The notes: a model not told the origin generated them from the letters alone. Shown: positions 31,050 to 45,790, numbered from the stretch's first letter. The stretch is DNA of 64,000 nucleotides from the human T2T-CHM13v2.0 reference genome, Homo sapiens (GCF_009914755.1 NC_060937.1), one strand, 5' to 3'. Translations and numbers: made by a program.

Positions 31050-31560
31050 TTAACTTATTAAAATTAGAACCTAAGTCTAGATGATAATCTAATTCCTTCC
31101 TCCTAATTAATATCATTAATTGAACTGATTAATCCTAAATGATTAATCCTGACATGATAATGGAAACAAAGTCAAACCTCCTATTTCCTAAATACAAATG
31201 ACTAAATGTAGCACAATGCTGTGTGAGCCAAAATTCGGATTATTTCAGTCTCTTCTGGAGGATGTCTCAATACAAACTCCTTAAACTTAGAGTTGGACCA
31301 GCTCATGTTGTCACAAATAAAAAGCACTGCCTGGCTTTCTCATTTGAAGTTTGAAGTACAACTTAATTTCCAAGAAACTTAGATAGCATCACGTGCCTCT
31401 GACAAGCAGTTACTAGCCGGTATTTACTCCTCAATACGGAATAAATTTAACAGCAAACGAATTACATCTAAAACCAAATCTTGTAACTGAATTAAGGTAA
31501 ATATGCTCTTTCTATACAACTAACATAAAGTTTAAATAGGCAGAGAAAAGAGGCATCTTT
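31050..31560. promoter_or_regulatory. Candidate enhancer with a homeodomain site cluster
   Basis: TGATTAATCCT twice, CTAATTAA, CATTAATTG and SOX-like AACAAAG; repeat-free. Confidence 0.4.
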
Positions 31561-31638
31561 ACTTCTTAAAAGGCAATTTTCAAAAATGAATTGAAGAGTA
31601 ATACATCTGAATAATAATGTCAACAAAAAGAACAACTA

Positions 31639-31920
31639 TCCCAGCACTTTGGGAGGCCAAGGCTGGTGGATCAAATGAGCCAGGAGTTTGAGACCAGCCT
31701 GGCCACAAAGGTAAAACCCCGTCTCTACTAAAAATACAAAAATTAGCTGAATGTGGTGGCTCATGCCTGTAATCTCAGCTACATGGAAGGCTGAGGCATG
31801 ATAATAACTTGAACCTGGGAGGAGGAGGTTGTAGTGAGCCAAGATCACGCCACTGCACTCCAGCCTGAGCGACAGAGCAAGACTCTGTCTCAAAAAAAAA
31901 AAAAACACAAAAAACACAAA
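31639..31920 (+). mobile_element. AluS, slightly 5'-truncated
   Basis: Starts at ATCCCAGCACTTTGGGAGG; A-tail; TSD AACA(A/G)CTAT. Confidence 0.92.
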
Positions 31921-32169
31921 AAACAGCTATAGCACCCTCCATGAGCAAATGGAAACATAACGTTGCTGTGTCTCATCCAAGCAATATCTAGGTTCTAGAA
32001 TAGGGAGGAGGAAGAACAGAGATACATTACTTGAGGCAAGAAAATTATCCAAATGGTGTCTCTTCCTTCCTACCCAGACAAAACTGGTATTATTTCCCTA
32101 TCTATTTTTCCACTTGCTCCCGGCCAATACTATAATTAAAAGACCTCCCTCCAAGGATTTCAAAGTACT

Positions 32170-32600
32170 TTAGAGACATGGTCTAATTAATCCTCAGTAC
32201 ATCCTGGTAATGTCCGCAAGCTCCAGGCCCTGCCTCTGCCCATCAGAACCCATTGAGGTGCATGCGGCCACACTTCTTGAGTGGCTTATGGGAAGTGACA
32301 GCAGCTGTCTTACCCAGCCTCTCTTTCCAGAAGCCGTGAAAATAGCCTCTCTTTCCAGAAGCTGTGAAAATGGCCTCTCTTGGGTGCCAGGGTCAGTGTT
32401 TGCCAGCTGAAGGGCCAAAAAGCCATCAATCAGCTCTGATATGCATAATCTGCATATTCATTCTTCTGAATATTCATTCTTCCGCATAATGCTCTGTTGC
32501 CTTAATTAGGGCTGCAGCCTGCGGATAGGTAGAGGCATGTTTTGGAGTCTTTCAGCCAATTTATCTTTTTAAATGAATCTTTTTTGGCCTTAGATGTTGG
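32170..32600. promoter_or_regulatory. Candidate enhancer
   Basis: CCATCAATCA (reverse complement TGATTGATGG, the Pbx-Hox consensus), TGACAG, CTAATTAATCC, ATGCATAAT, CTTAATTAG. Confidence 0.4.
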
Positions 32601-33259
32601 TCTGTTCCTATGATCACTTAGTTGCCCTTCTTGGCCTCTTCTCTGGGTTTATTTTTTGTGAGGTGGTACACAGCCTTTCTGCACTGGCTGTATTGTTGAT
32701 TACACTCCCTTTTCCAGAGTTCCATTTTCTATGCAACCCTCATCCAGAAAGCGTAAAATGTCTCTTTTAGTCATTTCAACCCCAACAACACGTCGAGTTA
32801 ATGGCTTTCAGCAGCACTGTTTACTACAACTCTAGATTTGCTTTCTATATAGAAAAGCTGGAGCTCACCCTAGAACCCCCAGAGTGCTGTCTGCTTGTAA
32901 TTTCTCCTAAATACTCTTTATTTTCCCATCTGCCACTTTTTCCTCCCCCATATGATTGTGTGAGGTTTGTGAAGGTGATAAAACACTGGGACATTCCTGA
33001 AGCATTGCAGAGCCAGGGCTTCTCAAAACCCTAAAGAATGTTTTAAAATGTATTATTTATTATACCATCTGAGAGTCACATAGCACTTTGATATACTCAA
33101 TATGATCTTAAAATAATGTTGTGAAGAAGGAAGCTCAGAATGCTTCAATATTGTTTCAAGATCACAGAGGACAAATGCAGATTTTCTTTGTACGTTATCA
33201 ATTTTCTTTTCACTCTTTTTTGTCAATATCCATTCTCTTTCCATCACCACTTGTGATTC

Positions 33260-33735
33260 ATTTGACGATTATTTACTGTATGTCTTTTTTTTTGGTGTCA
33301 GACACTGTGCCAGGGCCTAGTATTTGCACAAAAATATATATTTTTGGCCCCCGCCACAGAAAATATTTTTGTATGGGAAAGGGTCATCATGCAAAGGGTT
33401 AATGCAATACTGTGTGATGGAGACCTGAATTAGATGTTATGTACAGGTTGAGGGAATTCTTGGATTGGAAATAGAATGATAAGGAGAGAAAGAAAGAGTG
33501 TATGCAAACACGTAGAAATATGAATGCAGATGCAGAGTCTGAGGAATTCTAAGTTGTTCAGTTTTCCAGGGCTGGATTGGAAAGCAGCAGAGACAAAGGT
33601 GGGGAGACCACTGGGGCTGACATCCTAGAAAGCCTTGTGCATCATCCCAGGGAGTTTGGACTTTGGTCCTCAAGGCAGCAGGATGTCATTGAAATCCTGT
33701 ATACAGCAAAGTCACATGATCAGATCCGTTGATTT
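33260..33735. mobile_element. L2 LINE fragment
   Basis: TGTCAGACACTGTGCCAGG...GGAGTTTGGACTTT...AGTCACATGATCAGAT. Confidence 0.6.
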
Positions 33736-36301
33736 TATCAAGCTCCCTCTGGGTCTTCTTTGAACCTCTCAAATTGGCACAGATGAAGGAAGACGAATAT
33801 GCTTCATGTTGGGAAAGAGTGCACCGATGTGGAAATTCTCACAGAATGGTAGCAGAAAAATAAAGTGAAAAATGCTTGCTGGAAAGAAATTTGGCAATGT
33901 GTGTTAAGAGACTTGAAAGGGTTTATTCTTTTAACTCAATAGTTCTGTTGCTGCAGATATATTTTAGGAAAACGATCTTAAATAAAAAGAATATTCCAGG
34001 GCAAAGTTATTGTTTGGGCAACTACTTTTTATTAATAAGCCACTAGAAACAATCTAAAATGTCCAACAATGAAGTAATAGTTAAGAATACAATGCACTCA
34101 TAAGTTTATAATGAAGCTGGTGAAAAGTTTTAAATACAGTAATGTCCAGCAATTGCACAATGTTTTTGCTACCCAAGATCCATTTACACTTATCCTGGTG
34201 AAAGAGCTGTGCTTTCTGTCTGGATCCAGGATTGGAACATGATGTCCTGGTTAAGCCATCTACCCTGCTCTCAGGGACTGGTTCAGGGGGGATCGTGCAA
34301 CCTGAGCCAATTTAATCATAATGAATCTCAATAATTATTCTGGAAAGGCTGGGACAAGGATGCACCCATTTTCCTGCTGGATGTGGACAAGTTCGTGGTA
34401 ATTTGTGATATTGACAACAGAAACCTCATATAAATAGAAATGTTAAAGTGGTATTTAACCAGACCCTGGGAAGAGCAACACTTGATTATTGCCAAAGAAC
34501 ATTTTGGGAAATGTGAAGAGACAGCTGCCCCCTTCACATTATTTATCTTTGGAAGGAATGTCAACTCAGCACCTGATTTATGAATTGAATGAGTAAGTAG
34601 AAAAAAGATTATTTATTTTGGAAAATCCTCTTCCTATCCCGAATAATACCTGTGCTATGTAATGTACAACAATGAGATGCTGGAGCAAAATATTAAGAAA
34701 GTCCCCAAAGATTCAGAGTTAATCCTCCTGCCACACTCCAGAGTAATCTTTGTTAACTGAAATGGAAAAAGTCATTTTCCCTCTAGACTTGCTGAACTTC
34801 TGTGATCAAAGCTCCAGGATTGTAGAATATGAAATTTAGGCAGCAAAAAGCGACTCAGAGTATGAATTTGCTGATTTGACTCATGTGACTTCAAGCCAAG
34901 TCTCTTAAAGTTACTTCTAAAAGTGCAGGCTGATTTCCAAACCTGAGTCACTTTAGGCTTCCAGTAAGATGAAGATCAGACAGATCTGACACAATATGGA
35001 AATGAATGTGGTAGAACAATTTTTATCCTGGGTGTGCATTTTAGCCTGTATTTGTCTCGGGAATATTTCAAGATGCCTTTGGCTTTTTGGGGGTATTAGG
35101 GTTGTAAGTGACCAGCATTCCTCGAGGTCAATGCTATTCTCTGCAAAACACAATAAAAGCTTGCAGGAGGCCGAGGGCTGTATGAGAAAATTAAGTATTG
35201 ATTGAGGAGTAGATATGATGTTGTGAAATGTAGTTATTAGACTCAATTCAGTGCTGTTAATTTGAGGTCTTGCACTTTCTCAGAAGATTACACCAGTTAA
35301 CAATACATTATTGAAGTCTGAGGAGTACTCTTACCCCGCCTCATGCTCTCTGCATCCTTTCTCTCAGCTTTGGAAGACTGCTTTGCCCAATCGATATGCT
35401 TTTATTGAACACAGGTTTATACAACCAGTCAGCTCAAATATGATCACTTTCAGGAGTTTGCGACGCGTGGCAAAGTCAAATTTCCTTCCAAATAATCTTC
35501 TATCAAGAAATCAGAAATCCTGAATTTAATCATCCCCCTTTTCACGTCCCATGAATTATAATAGGACCTCGGAAATGAAGAAGAAAATAAATTCATTCTT
35601 TCGCTTTCAGTGGTCCTCTCTGCCCTGCTGCTTCCAGTGGAGTTGAAATAAACAAGATCCCTGAACATGGGAAGGGATCAGAGGTATCTGTAACTAAGAA
35701 CAACAGATGGAAAAAAAAAAAGTCCTTTATAAAATCTTAGAACTGGAAAGGGCATTAGAAACACCTAGTCCAGTTCTTTCACTTTCTAGATGACTCAATT
35801 CATATCTAAAGTGGCTGTGATGCGCTCAGACTTCATAGCTAGTCAGTGGCAGAGCTGGGAAAGTAATTCAGGTGTCCTGACTTCGGTTATTTTCACTATG
35901 TATTCTGCCTGCACAACTGCCTCGACTGTGTACAGGGCAAGAATCTGAGTGAACAGTCTCTTTAAGAACAATTGCATTTATAAAAAATTAAATTTACATT
36001 AGATAATTTTCTTCCAACCCTTAAATGTCAAACAAAGCTAATATGCAGACTTCTAAGAACCTTGCGCATGGTTTTACAGCATTTTTTTCTAACTTTGTTT
36101 TGTAGAGAGGAAAGTTTTTAATTATCTTCACTTTACTGATGACAAAATTAAGACCCAGAAAATCCAAATGGCTTATTTTAAGTGGTATAGCCATTTTGGA
36201 TAGACAGGTAGATACTCAAACCTAGGTCCTTGTACTCTTAGTTCCGTGTTCCCTTTAATGTTCTCTGCAGCTTCCGTTGCTTACTCTAAAATTTGTCTTC
36301 T

Positions 36302-36635
<334 letters not shown>

Positions 36636-38041
36636 CTAGTTTTGCTACTCCTTTCCCTAAGCCGTATGCCCTGGAATGGGGCAAATGTTTGCTTAATATT
36701 TTAGCCTGTATTCTTAACACCCAAGCTTAAAATCAAAGAGGGAACTCTAATAGTATTTCTGGCTTCTCTGGGCATGGCAAATATTGTGTTAATCACTTTA
36801 CTTGGTGTTTGCAATCTGTTTCATTGTCGCTAATATGAACATGACATACAATATATGAGTCATTTATTAATCTTGCTAAATTCACATTTGGCAATATTCT
36901 TTCCAGCCTGTGCAAGTGAGCACGTACAGCCTCACTTGTGATCAGAACCATGATACCCTAGAAACTGTTTCTTCCTCTGCTGTCTTCTGTGACCAGCTCT
37001 TTATTCTCCAACTAAAATCACTCGGTTGACAAGAGCTTCCCGTGTTAAGCTTCCTTCCGAAGTGATTGCAGTTTATCTTTTCCAATCAAAATGGGAACAA
37101 TTTGTGCTTTCTTATGATTCCAGAGCTGCTATAAATCGGGGTAATAGATTTTTCAGTGCCTAGTAAGATAATTGTGCTGGGGAGAAGATTAAAGTGCATG
37201 CTGGGAGCCGTGAATGCTGTGTGCCTCCATCCTCCTGTTCTTGTTGCTTCCAGGACGACCTAGAAAACAAGGCTGGAGAAAGACAGCTTTAAATTCCTCA
37301 TGCTAAATTAGTTCTGAGATGCTTCTGGGCAAAGACTGCCAACTGAACTCTGTTTTGACAGTAGAAATATTTATAATGAAACATAATGAAGTAAAATTTA
37401 AGTCCCAAATTACCCCAACACAGAAGCACTAAAATTGCAATTCTGGTTATAGTGACACCTCCAATTACCAAAATGCGAAATAATTCTCTTTAGAAAATGA
37501 CTTCATTTTGAGGAAATGAATCCTAGCTAAGGATCATGACACACACACCAGGGGCTTCAAATCCTGTGTTACTGCTGACCCTAGAGAAGCAGATGAGATT
37601 CTCCACGTCTGTTTCCCCCTCTAGAGGCAACAGTCGATACCAACAAGCCATGTCTGAGGCTTATGTGATGCCCGTGAAGCCTTGTCGAACAGCTCTAGAA
37701 ATGAAAGCACTGAGTACAGACTGGGAATTTTTGCAGCAGTAGTAACAATTGGTAGGATATAGGATATAATTAAAAACCCACAGGGTTATCACCCTTATGC
37801 AGTGATGCTCATGTTTTTTAGAAAGACTCTCATTGCCATTGATTCTCAAGAGCAAAGAAAATTTCTGACCCAGGCTGCTGGTTGTTTTGATTCTTAATGA
37901 GTGAATTCCTTTGTTTGTTCCTCTGTTCAACAAATATTTATTGCATACTTACTGTGTACCAGGTGCTATGTTTGACACCGAAGATACAACAGTGAGTATG
38001 ATTGATGGGGTCATTCCCCAACAAGATATTAAAGTATTATA

Positions 38042-38681
38042 CAGTCAGTTCTTGGTGTTCAAGGTAGTTCTGTTTGATGAAGTCACCAAAAACACTGAAT
38101 TAGCAAATGCTAAGCCATTGCTCCTAGGGGAAATACAAGGTTATGTTCCTACAAGCCTCTGGTCATAATAGTTTCATCAATTGATCAATCCATAACTTTG
38201 CCTTATGTGTGTTTCTGTTTAAAGGCACCTTTTTAATAGACATTTTTGGTTCATTAACATTGAACTCACGGCTAACAGGACTGTAACTCATGCCTGAATG
38301 AAGCTTATCTGAAATGCATCTTTTCTCCATAAGACACATCATGGCCCTCCCGTGATTAGGAACACTAGCTAGCACTTCAGCACTATGTTTAGGGACCATT
38401 TTAAACAGTGAAATCACCAAGAAAAAGCACAAAAATAAAAAGGTGGCACTAGATAGACTGTGAAAAGGACACATTTACAGTATGAGAACTGAAGCGAGAA
38501 GGCAAAGAGTTGAACTTGTTCAGCTTGTTGGGAACATGCATATTGGGTGACTCAAATTTTCTGTGCACTTCTGCAAATGACCAAGGAAAGAGCCACAGGT
38601 ATTGATCCTGTGGTTACAAATACATTTTAGTAAGCAGGCAAATTTGCAAATACAGAATCTGTGAATCATGTGGATCAACTA
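38042..38681 (+). mobile_element. MER82 TcMar-Tigger DNA transposon
   Basis: TA|CAGTCAGTTCT...AACACTGAATTAGCAAAT...GGATCAACTA|TA; ~640 bp with TA TSD. Confidence 0.85.
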
Positions 38682-38842
38682 TACCTCCTTGACTTGCAAT
38701 TTCTTAAGCCTTTTGACCTTGAAGTTAGGGCCACTCAGCCTTCACTGGATGTTACCCCACCCTAACCCCAGACACATCTTGCACATCATAAAAAGGTAGG
38801 AGGAGTTCTTGGTCAGAAGGTCCCTGGCACTAGGTTCTATGG

Positions 38843-38849
38843 TTTTTCT

Positions 38850-38881
<32 letters not shown>

Positions 38882-39153
38882 TTTTTTGAGACAGGGTCTC
38901 ATTCTGTCTCTCAGGCTGAAGTGCACTGGTGCAATCTCAGCTCACTGCAGCCTCGACCTCCTGGGCTCAGTTGATCTTTCCTACCACCCACCAGAGGCGC
39001 ATACCACCACACCCAGCTAATTTTTGTATTTTTTGTAGAGGCAAGGTTTCACCATGTTGCCCAGGCTGGTCTCAAACTCCTGGGCTTGAACCATCTGCCC
39101 TCCTCAGCCTCCCAAAGTGCTAGGATTACAAGTGTGAGCCACCATGCTTGGCC
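38843..39153 (-). mobile_element. AluJ SINE
   Basis: Reverse Alu dimer; TSD TAGGTTCT. Confidence 0.9.
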
Positions 39154-39926
39154 TAGGTTCTGCAGTTTTAACTGGGGATTTGGGTTGTAAGAAACAGATT
39201 CCCTTGAGTTACCTCATGAAAAGGGATGTTTATTATAAGGACATATTTGAAACTGAAGGCAGCTTGCAGGACCAGCTGTGCTATGACTCTCACAGACCAC
39301 ACAGCTTCTCTTTCTCCAGGCATTTCTGCTCCCTTGTCTGTCCCTTTCATTCTTCTTTTCACCATGTGGCTTTTTGCTGTTTAGATATAACTCTTGTTTC
39401 CTCTTAATTCCAGCTCGAGTGTTGCCGTTTGTGGTTGCCCTGGCCCCTCTCTTGTTCCCGTAGCTTTAGCTCCCTCTGAACTGGCCCCAGTTCTCCATGT
39501 TTCCTAAGATACACTGAGGGAGAATTTGAGGGGGTCAGCTCATTGTTTCACTTTAGACCATGTCGTTGGTCCTTGCCCAGTTTCTGGACTGCCTGCCTGC
39601 CTTTAGGTCAGGTGCTTACTTACCTCTGAGTCCATCAACATGGCTGGGGCAAGTGAAATCATGTGATACAAAACATGGTGACCAAGATCTAGCCTTGCTT
39701 CAGTGTGACTGATGCCTGCTTTGTACTTCAGATCTCTCATAACTGTTTCTTCTGCCCCTTTTCTTAAATAAGGGAATTGCTTTTGTATAGAACTCAGCCC
39801 CCCTCAGTGGTTAGACATCCTGGCGTCTGAATGCCACCTAACTGGGCCTCCACTGGTTGCTTGCCACGTGGGCCTCTCCAACTGCCTACTATCTCTGCAC
39901 TGGTTTAGAGATTTGCATCCCATTTC

Positions 39927-40248
39927 TTTTTCTTGTCTTCCTTCCTTTCTTTTTTTTTTTTTTTTTGAGACAGAGTCTCGCTCTGTTGCCCAGGCTGGAG
40001 TGCAATGACCTGATCTTGGCTCACTGCAACCTCTGCCTCCTGGGTTAAAGCGATTCTCCTGCCTCAGCCTCCCGAGTAGCCTGGGATTACAGGTGTCTGC
40101 CACTATGCCCAGCAAATTTTTGTATTTTTAGTAGAGACAAGGTTTCACCATGTTGACCAGGCTGGTCTTGAACTCCTGACCTCAGGTGATCTGCCCACCT
40201 CAGCCTCCCAAAGTGCTGGGATTACAGGTGTGAGCCACCGCACCTGGC
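39927..40248 (-). mobile_element. AluS SINE
   Basis: Reverse Alu dimer; TSD TTTGCAT(C/T)CCATTTCT. Confidence 0.95.
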
Positions 40249-40401
40249 AAATTTTGCATTCCATTTCTCCTTGCCTCATGGACTGATCTTCAATGTCAGA
40301 CCTGCATTTGAATCTTATTCTTGTCTACTTATCCTTAAAAGGAACCAATGATGGTCATGTTTCATGGTCATTATTTCCATCTCCTTGACCACCAACATTC
40401 T

Positions 40402-40634
40402 TTGTTTTTTTTTTTTTTTTTTTTTGAGACGGAGTCTCGCTCTGTCTCCCAGGCCGGAGTGCAGTGGCACGATCTCGGCTCACGGCAAGCTCTGCCTCCC
40501 GGGTTCACACCATTCTCCTGCCTCAGCCCCTGAGTAGCTGGGACTACAGGCACCTGCCACCACACCTGGCTAATTTTTTTTTTTTTTTTTGTATTTTTAG
40601 TAGAGACAGGGTTTCACCATGTTAGCCAGGATAG
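40402..40634 (-). mobile_element. 5'-truncated AluY
   Basis: AluY diagnostics (GCAAGCTC, GGTTCACACCATTCTC, GTTAGCCAGGAT); perfect 18-bp TSD CTTGACCACCAACATTCT. Confidence 0.93.
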
Positions 40635-41391
40635 CTTGACCACCAACATTCTATCAAAGTCCACAGATCTATCTAGACTCTTGCACTGTGTGCTGTGTTT
40701 TTTGACCTTGTCTCATGCCTCTTGAGTCCCACGTTGAGTCCTAAAGCCTGTGAGGTCACTATCACTATCAATATCAGTGCTCCCAAGGATATTTAAACCA
40801 TAGTTCCCAGGGGGTCATATTCCTGGCACCTTATCAGGCATTCCACGCATAGCCTCTTCTCTGGAAGCTCTTCTGTGTGTGTTGGGCTAAAGCCCTCTAC
40901 CAGAACATTCTCATGCACAAACTGAAACTTGATATTTTTTTACCACATGTCATCCTCACCCTGAAAAGTCTTTCAAGCTCCAGTACTTCTGTCTGGAGTC
41001 ACTAGCAAGTCAAGGGCACCATGTATGTGCTTCCACATCCTTGGCTCTGCTACATCCCTTCCTGAGATGCCATCTCTAGGTCCTCGTTGGACTTGAAGTC
41101 TCCGGAGCAGTAGTTCTCGTGGCAGTGGCTTAATTCTAACATTCATCTACAATCAAACAATCTTGTGCTTGCAGTTTCCTCTGATGCTTAGAGCCTCTTC
41201 CCATCTCAGCAGCCTCAGAACCTGGCTCTCTTCCTTGGTAATGAGCTCAGGAAGACCCGTTTCTGTACTGAACCTCAGCCTACTGTCCCTGGCTTGTCAT
41301 ATTCCAACTACAGAAGGGTAGTCACCCTGAGGAAATGGAGTGTTGGACTGTGTGCAGTCAACACCAATGACCTCAAAGAAGGCATACCTTC

Positions 41392-41752
41392 TGTATTAGT
41401 CCATTTTCATACTGCTATGAAGAAATACCCAAGACTGGGTAATTTATACAGAAAAAGAGGTTTAATGGACTCTCAGTTCAACATGGCTGGGGAGGCCTCA
41501 CAATCATGGCAGAAGAGAAGGAAGAGCAAAGGCACATCTTACATGGTGGCAGGCAAGACAGTGTGTGCAGGGGAACTGCCCTTTATAAAACTATCAGATC
41601 TCATGAGACTTATTCACTATCATGAGAACAGCATGGGAAAACCCACCCCCATGATTGAATTATCTCCTGCTGGGTCCCTCCCACGACAAGTGAGGATTAT
41701 GGAGCTACAGTTCAAGATGAGATCTGGGTGGGGACATAGCCAAATGATATCA
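41392..41752 (-). mobile_element. THE1 (C/D-like) solo LTR
   Basis: TGTATTAGTCCATTTTCA...AGCCAAATGATATCA; near TSD CCTTC/CCTCC. Confidence 0.9.
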
Positions 41753-42365
41753 CCTCCTAATTGGAAAAGAGATCCTTTATATTTTTATATACCCTACTTA
41801 GACTGGTTAATATTCCCTATAAAAGATACCAGAACATCCAGCATTTTCAGAAATGTCTTTTTCTAGAGTTTAGGGCTATAAGAGAACTTCATGATGTAGA
41901 TTTTATCATCTTATTCTATTGAGGAAACAACTGAGCTACCAAGAAATAAGGTCATTCTTTCAATGCTCCACAGTGTTGGTGTTGGGAGTAAGACTAAAAT
42001 AAGCTTGGTATAGGGGAGGGACTTCATGAATCAGATGAATGAAGAAATTAATAAATGAGGGCATGAGTAAATGACTCTGATTCCCACCATACCAGGGTCC
42101 TGCCACCTGGTCTTAAGTTTGGACATTTACCTAGGGCGGTGGGTTCAGTTCTTAGATTTCAAAGTCAGATGGTCAGCCCTCCCATCTAGCATAAGCCGAA
42201 AGTACTGAAGAGAAAGTATTTCAGAAAGTGAACATCACTATAACAACTCAAGGTGGTATTTTGCTTTGAAAGCTCAGATGGATCTGTTTATTGGGACAGT
42301 GTAATGTACATTCCTTCTTCTTTCAGCTATACAGCAATTGAATCCTTTTTTATGTTTAAGGAATC

Positions 42366-42752
42366 TCCTACAGGTTGAATTTTGTTGGTAGGCAAGGCCC
42401 ATGTCTCTCTATAAAATCAAAAAATTGTGTGAGGTCATCAGGGTGGGCCCTGATCCCATACAACTGGGGATTTGGAGGCACACATGCACACAGGGACAGC
42501 CACATGAAGATGAAGGCAGAAATTGGGGTGATGCTTCTATGCCAAGGAGTGCCAAAAGATTGCTGGCAAACTACCAGAAGCCAGGGGAGAGGCGTGGGAC
42601 AGATTCTCCTTCCCAAACCTCAGAAGGAACCAGCCCCACTGATACCTCGATCTCAGACTTCCAGCCTCCAGAACTGTGAAACAATAGATTTCTGTTCTTT
42701 AAGCCACCCAGTATGTGGTACTTTGATCTGGCAGCCCTCAGGAAACCAATAC
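42366..42752 (+). mobile_element. MLT1B-like LTR
   Basis: GAGGTCATCAGGGTGGGCCCT...TCAGACTTCCAGCCTCCAGAACTGTGA...AAACCAATAC. Confidence 0.8.
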
Positions 42753-43191
42753 GTAGTGGACTCCCAAGAGCCGGGAGGCTGAAGGACCTGCTTTGTGTCT
42801 AGCAGGCAGCCTCTTTCCGCAGCAGCTCCGGTGCTTGGTCAAAACACTCATGATAAAATGCCCTTGATGGAAAAGGTGAGTCGTGACTTGGCTACCCCCA
42901 TTGCCAAGTGTCCACTTTGCTAATAGCAGTGTCCAGCCCAGAGTCTCTGATGTATCCTGGGGGCTGAGAAGTGGGCTGGGGGATCAGTGTCTTTGTGGAT
43001 GGTTGCTTACATTGTGGAGATGGCAGTGATTTGTCTTCAGTGGAATGGATTCTTATTCTGCATTTGGGTTTGCTCTGCAACTAAGCTGCCTGAGTGCAAA
43101 TCATGGCTCTGCCACTTACCTTGGCAGGTTCCCTCATCTTTCCATGCTTTAGTTTCCCCAGTGCAAAATTAGGATAGAAATATTATCTACC

Positions 43192-43635
43192 TGTATTAGT
43201 TTCTTGGCACTGCTATAATAAATTACCGTAATTTAGTGGCTTAAAGCAATAGGAAGTGATTCTCTCAGAGTTGTGAAGGACTGAAATCTGAAATTACAGT
43301 GTTGGCAGGGCCATGCCCCCTCCAGAGGCCTGAGGGAAGAGTCCTCCATTGTCTCTCCAGCTTCTGGTGCTGCTGGCATGCCTGGGTGTGCGTCCACATC
43401 ACTCGAATCTCTGCCTTGTCTTCTTCTGTGTATTTCAAATCTCCCTCTCCCTCTCTCTTATGAAGACATTTGTGATTGAATTTAGTTTGATCCTTGATAA
43501 CCTTCCCCAGCCAAAGTCCTTAATCACATCTGCAAAGACGTTTTTTCCTCGTAAGGTGACATTTACAGCTTCCAGGGATTAGGAGTAATATTCTTGGGTG
43601 GAATATTTTGCGTGGCCTTTATTCAGCCTGCTCTG
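43192..43635 (-). mobile_element. MLT1 (C/D-like) LTR inserted in a MIR
   Basis: TGTATTAGTTTCTTGG start; MIR core at ~43070-43191 continues at ~43638-43720. Confidence 0.75.
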
Positions 43636-44459
43636 TTGCCTCATAGGATTGTTGTGAGAATTATATTAATTAGTTCTTGTAAACCTTTTAGAACAATATG
43701 ACACATGATAAGCCTCAACAAATGTCACCAGTGAAGAAGAGTATGACAATGGTCTTAGACAACCATAAGTGTGACTGTAATTCTGCAGCCTTCTGGTAAT
43801 TTTGTGAGATGCTCAATATTCTTTCAGAAATGCTGTTCTTACTTAAATGAGACAGAGATCATTCTGCAACAAATATTTGATGCAACAAATAATCCTGACT
43901 GATATCAACAATATGGGCATTATCAGCAAATGTTACTACAACTTCCCTTTGGGGTAGGAGTCTTCTTTTTAAGGGAATGTGGCCAGTGTACTCTCAGAGT
44001 TGAAATCAGAGTGGGCTGCCCACTCCTGAGAAAGGGTCAAATTGTTTCAAGATTGAGCTTGCTCCAGGGACCTGAATATACATATCTGAATTGGGAAAAA
44101 AAATGCTCTCAATAAACTCAGATTAAGGTAAGCTATTCATTGATTAGCAAAAGACTGCCGTGTCTATGCCATTTAGCATTGCAGTAAAGTGTTTTGAATT
44201 AATTACTTGGAAAATCTATGATACTTTGAAAACATTTTATAATCAGTTTAATTAATCACTTTTTATGTCCTTCTTCCTGACATTTAATAAAGTCATCCCT
44301 AATAGGACAATATTTTAACACATATTGCAAATAAGAAAATGATGTTAAGCATGGTGATAAAATTAAAGCTAAAGGAGAGAATATACAACGTGTGGATTCC
44401 TGAAAAGACAGAGAGCATATGCTAGTACGTCCTGCTTTTATCTTTAATAATCTTAATAA

Positions 44460-44763
<304 letters not shown>

Positions 44764-45223
44764 TAAAAATCTTCTTTTTTTTTTTTTTTTTTTTTAATCA
44801 CTGAGGCCCAGTGATTTGTCTTATACAACTATCCAATATCTTTAGGACATTAATCTTGCTTTGTAAGAAATTCAGTATTGAGTAGAATTTTTATTTTTTT
44901 AATGGTATTTTAAGCATGATTTCAGTTATACTTTTTCTTGATAGCTTGCTCGAAAATTTTTTAAAAGAATGAATTCTAATTTTGTCTTACCATTTGCAAG
45001 TATCGTTTTCACATATATTGAGAATTGAGTCCTGTGTTGTGATGACTCACAGCATGAGCCTATATAATGTACAAAGGAATATAGTGTTCTCTTGTACAGG
45101 AAATTCCTTTATCATGGCTCAATACACTTTGAAAATATAACTCAAACTGAAATTTAAAAGCCGTATGGAATTTTACTTATATTTAACATCCAGTTTTCAC
45201 CAGGAAGCTACACGTGCGTGTTC

Positions 45224-45790
<567 letters not shown>

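Noticed and set aside
41294-41866. Longest ORF (190 aa)
   Set aside because: Mostly antisense read-through of a THE1 LTR, with no recognisable domain
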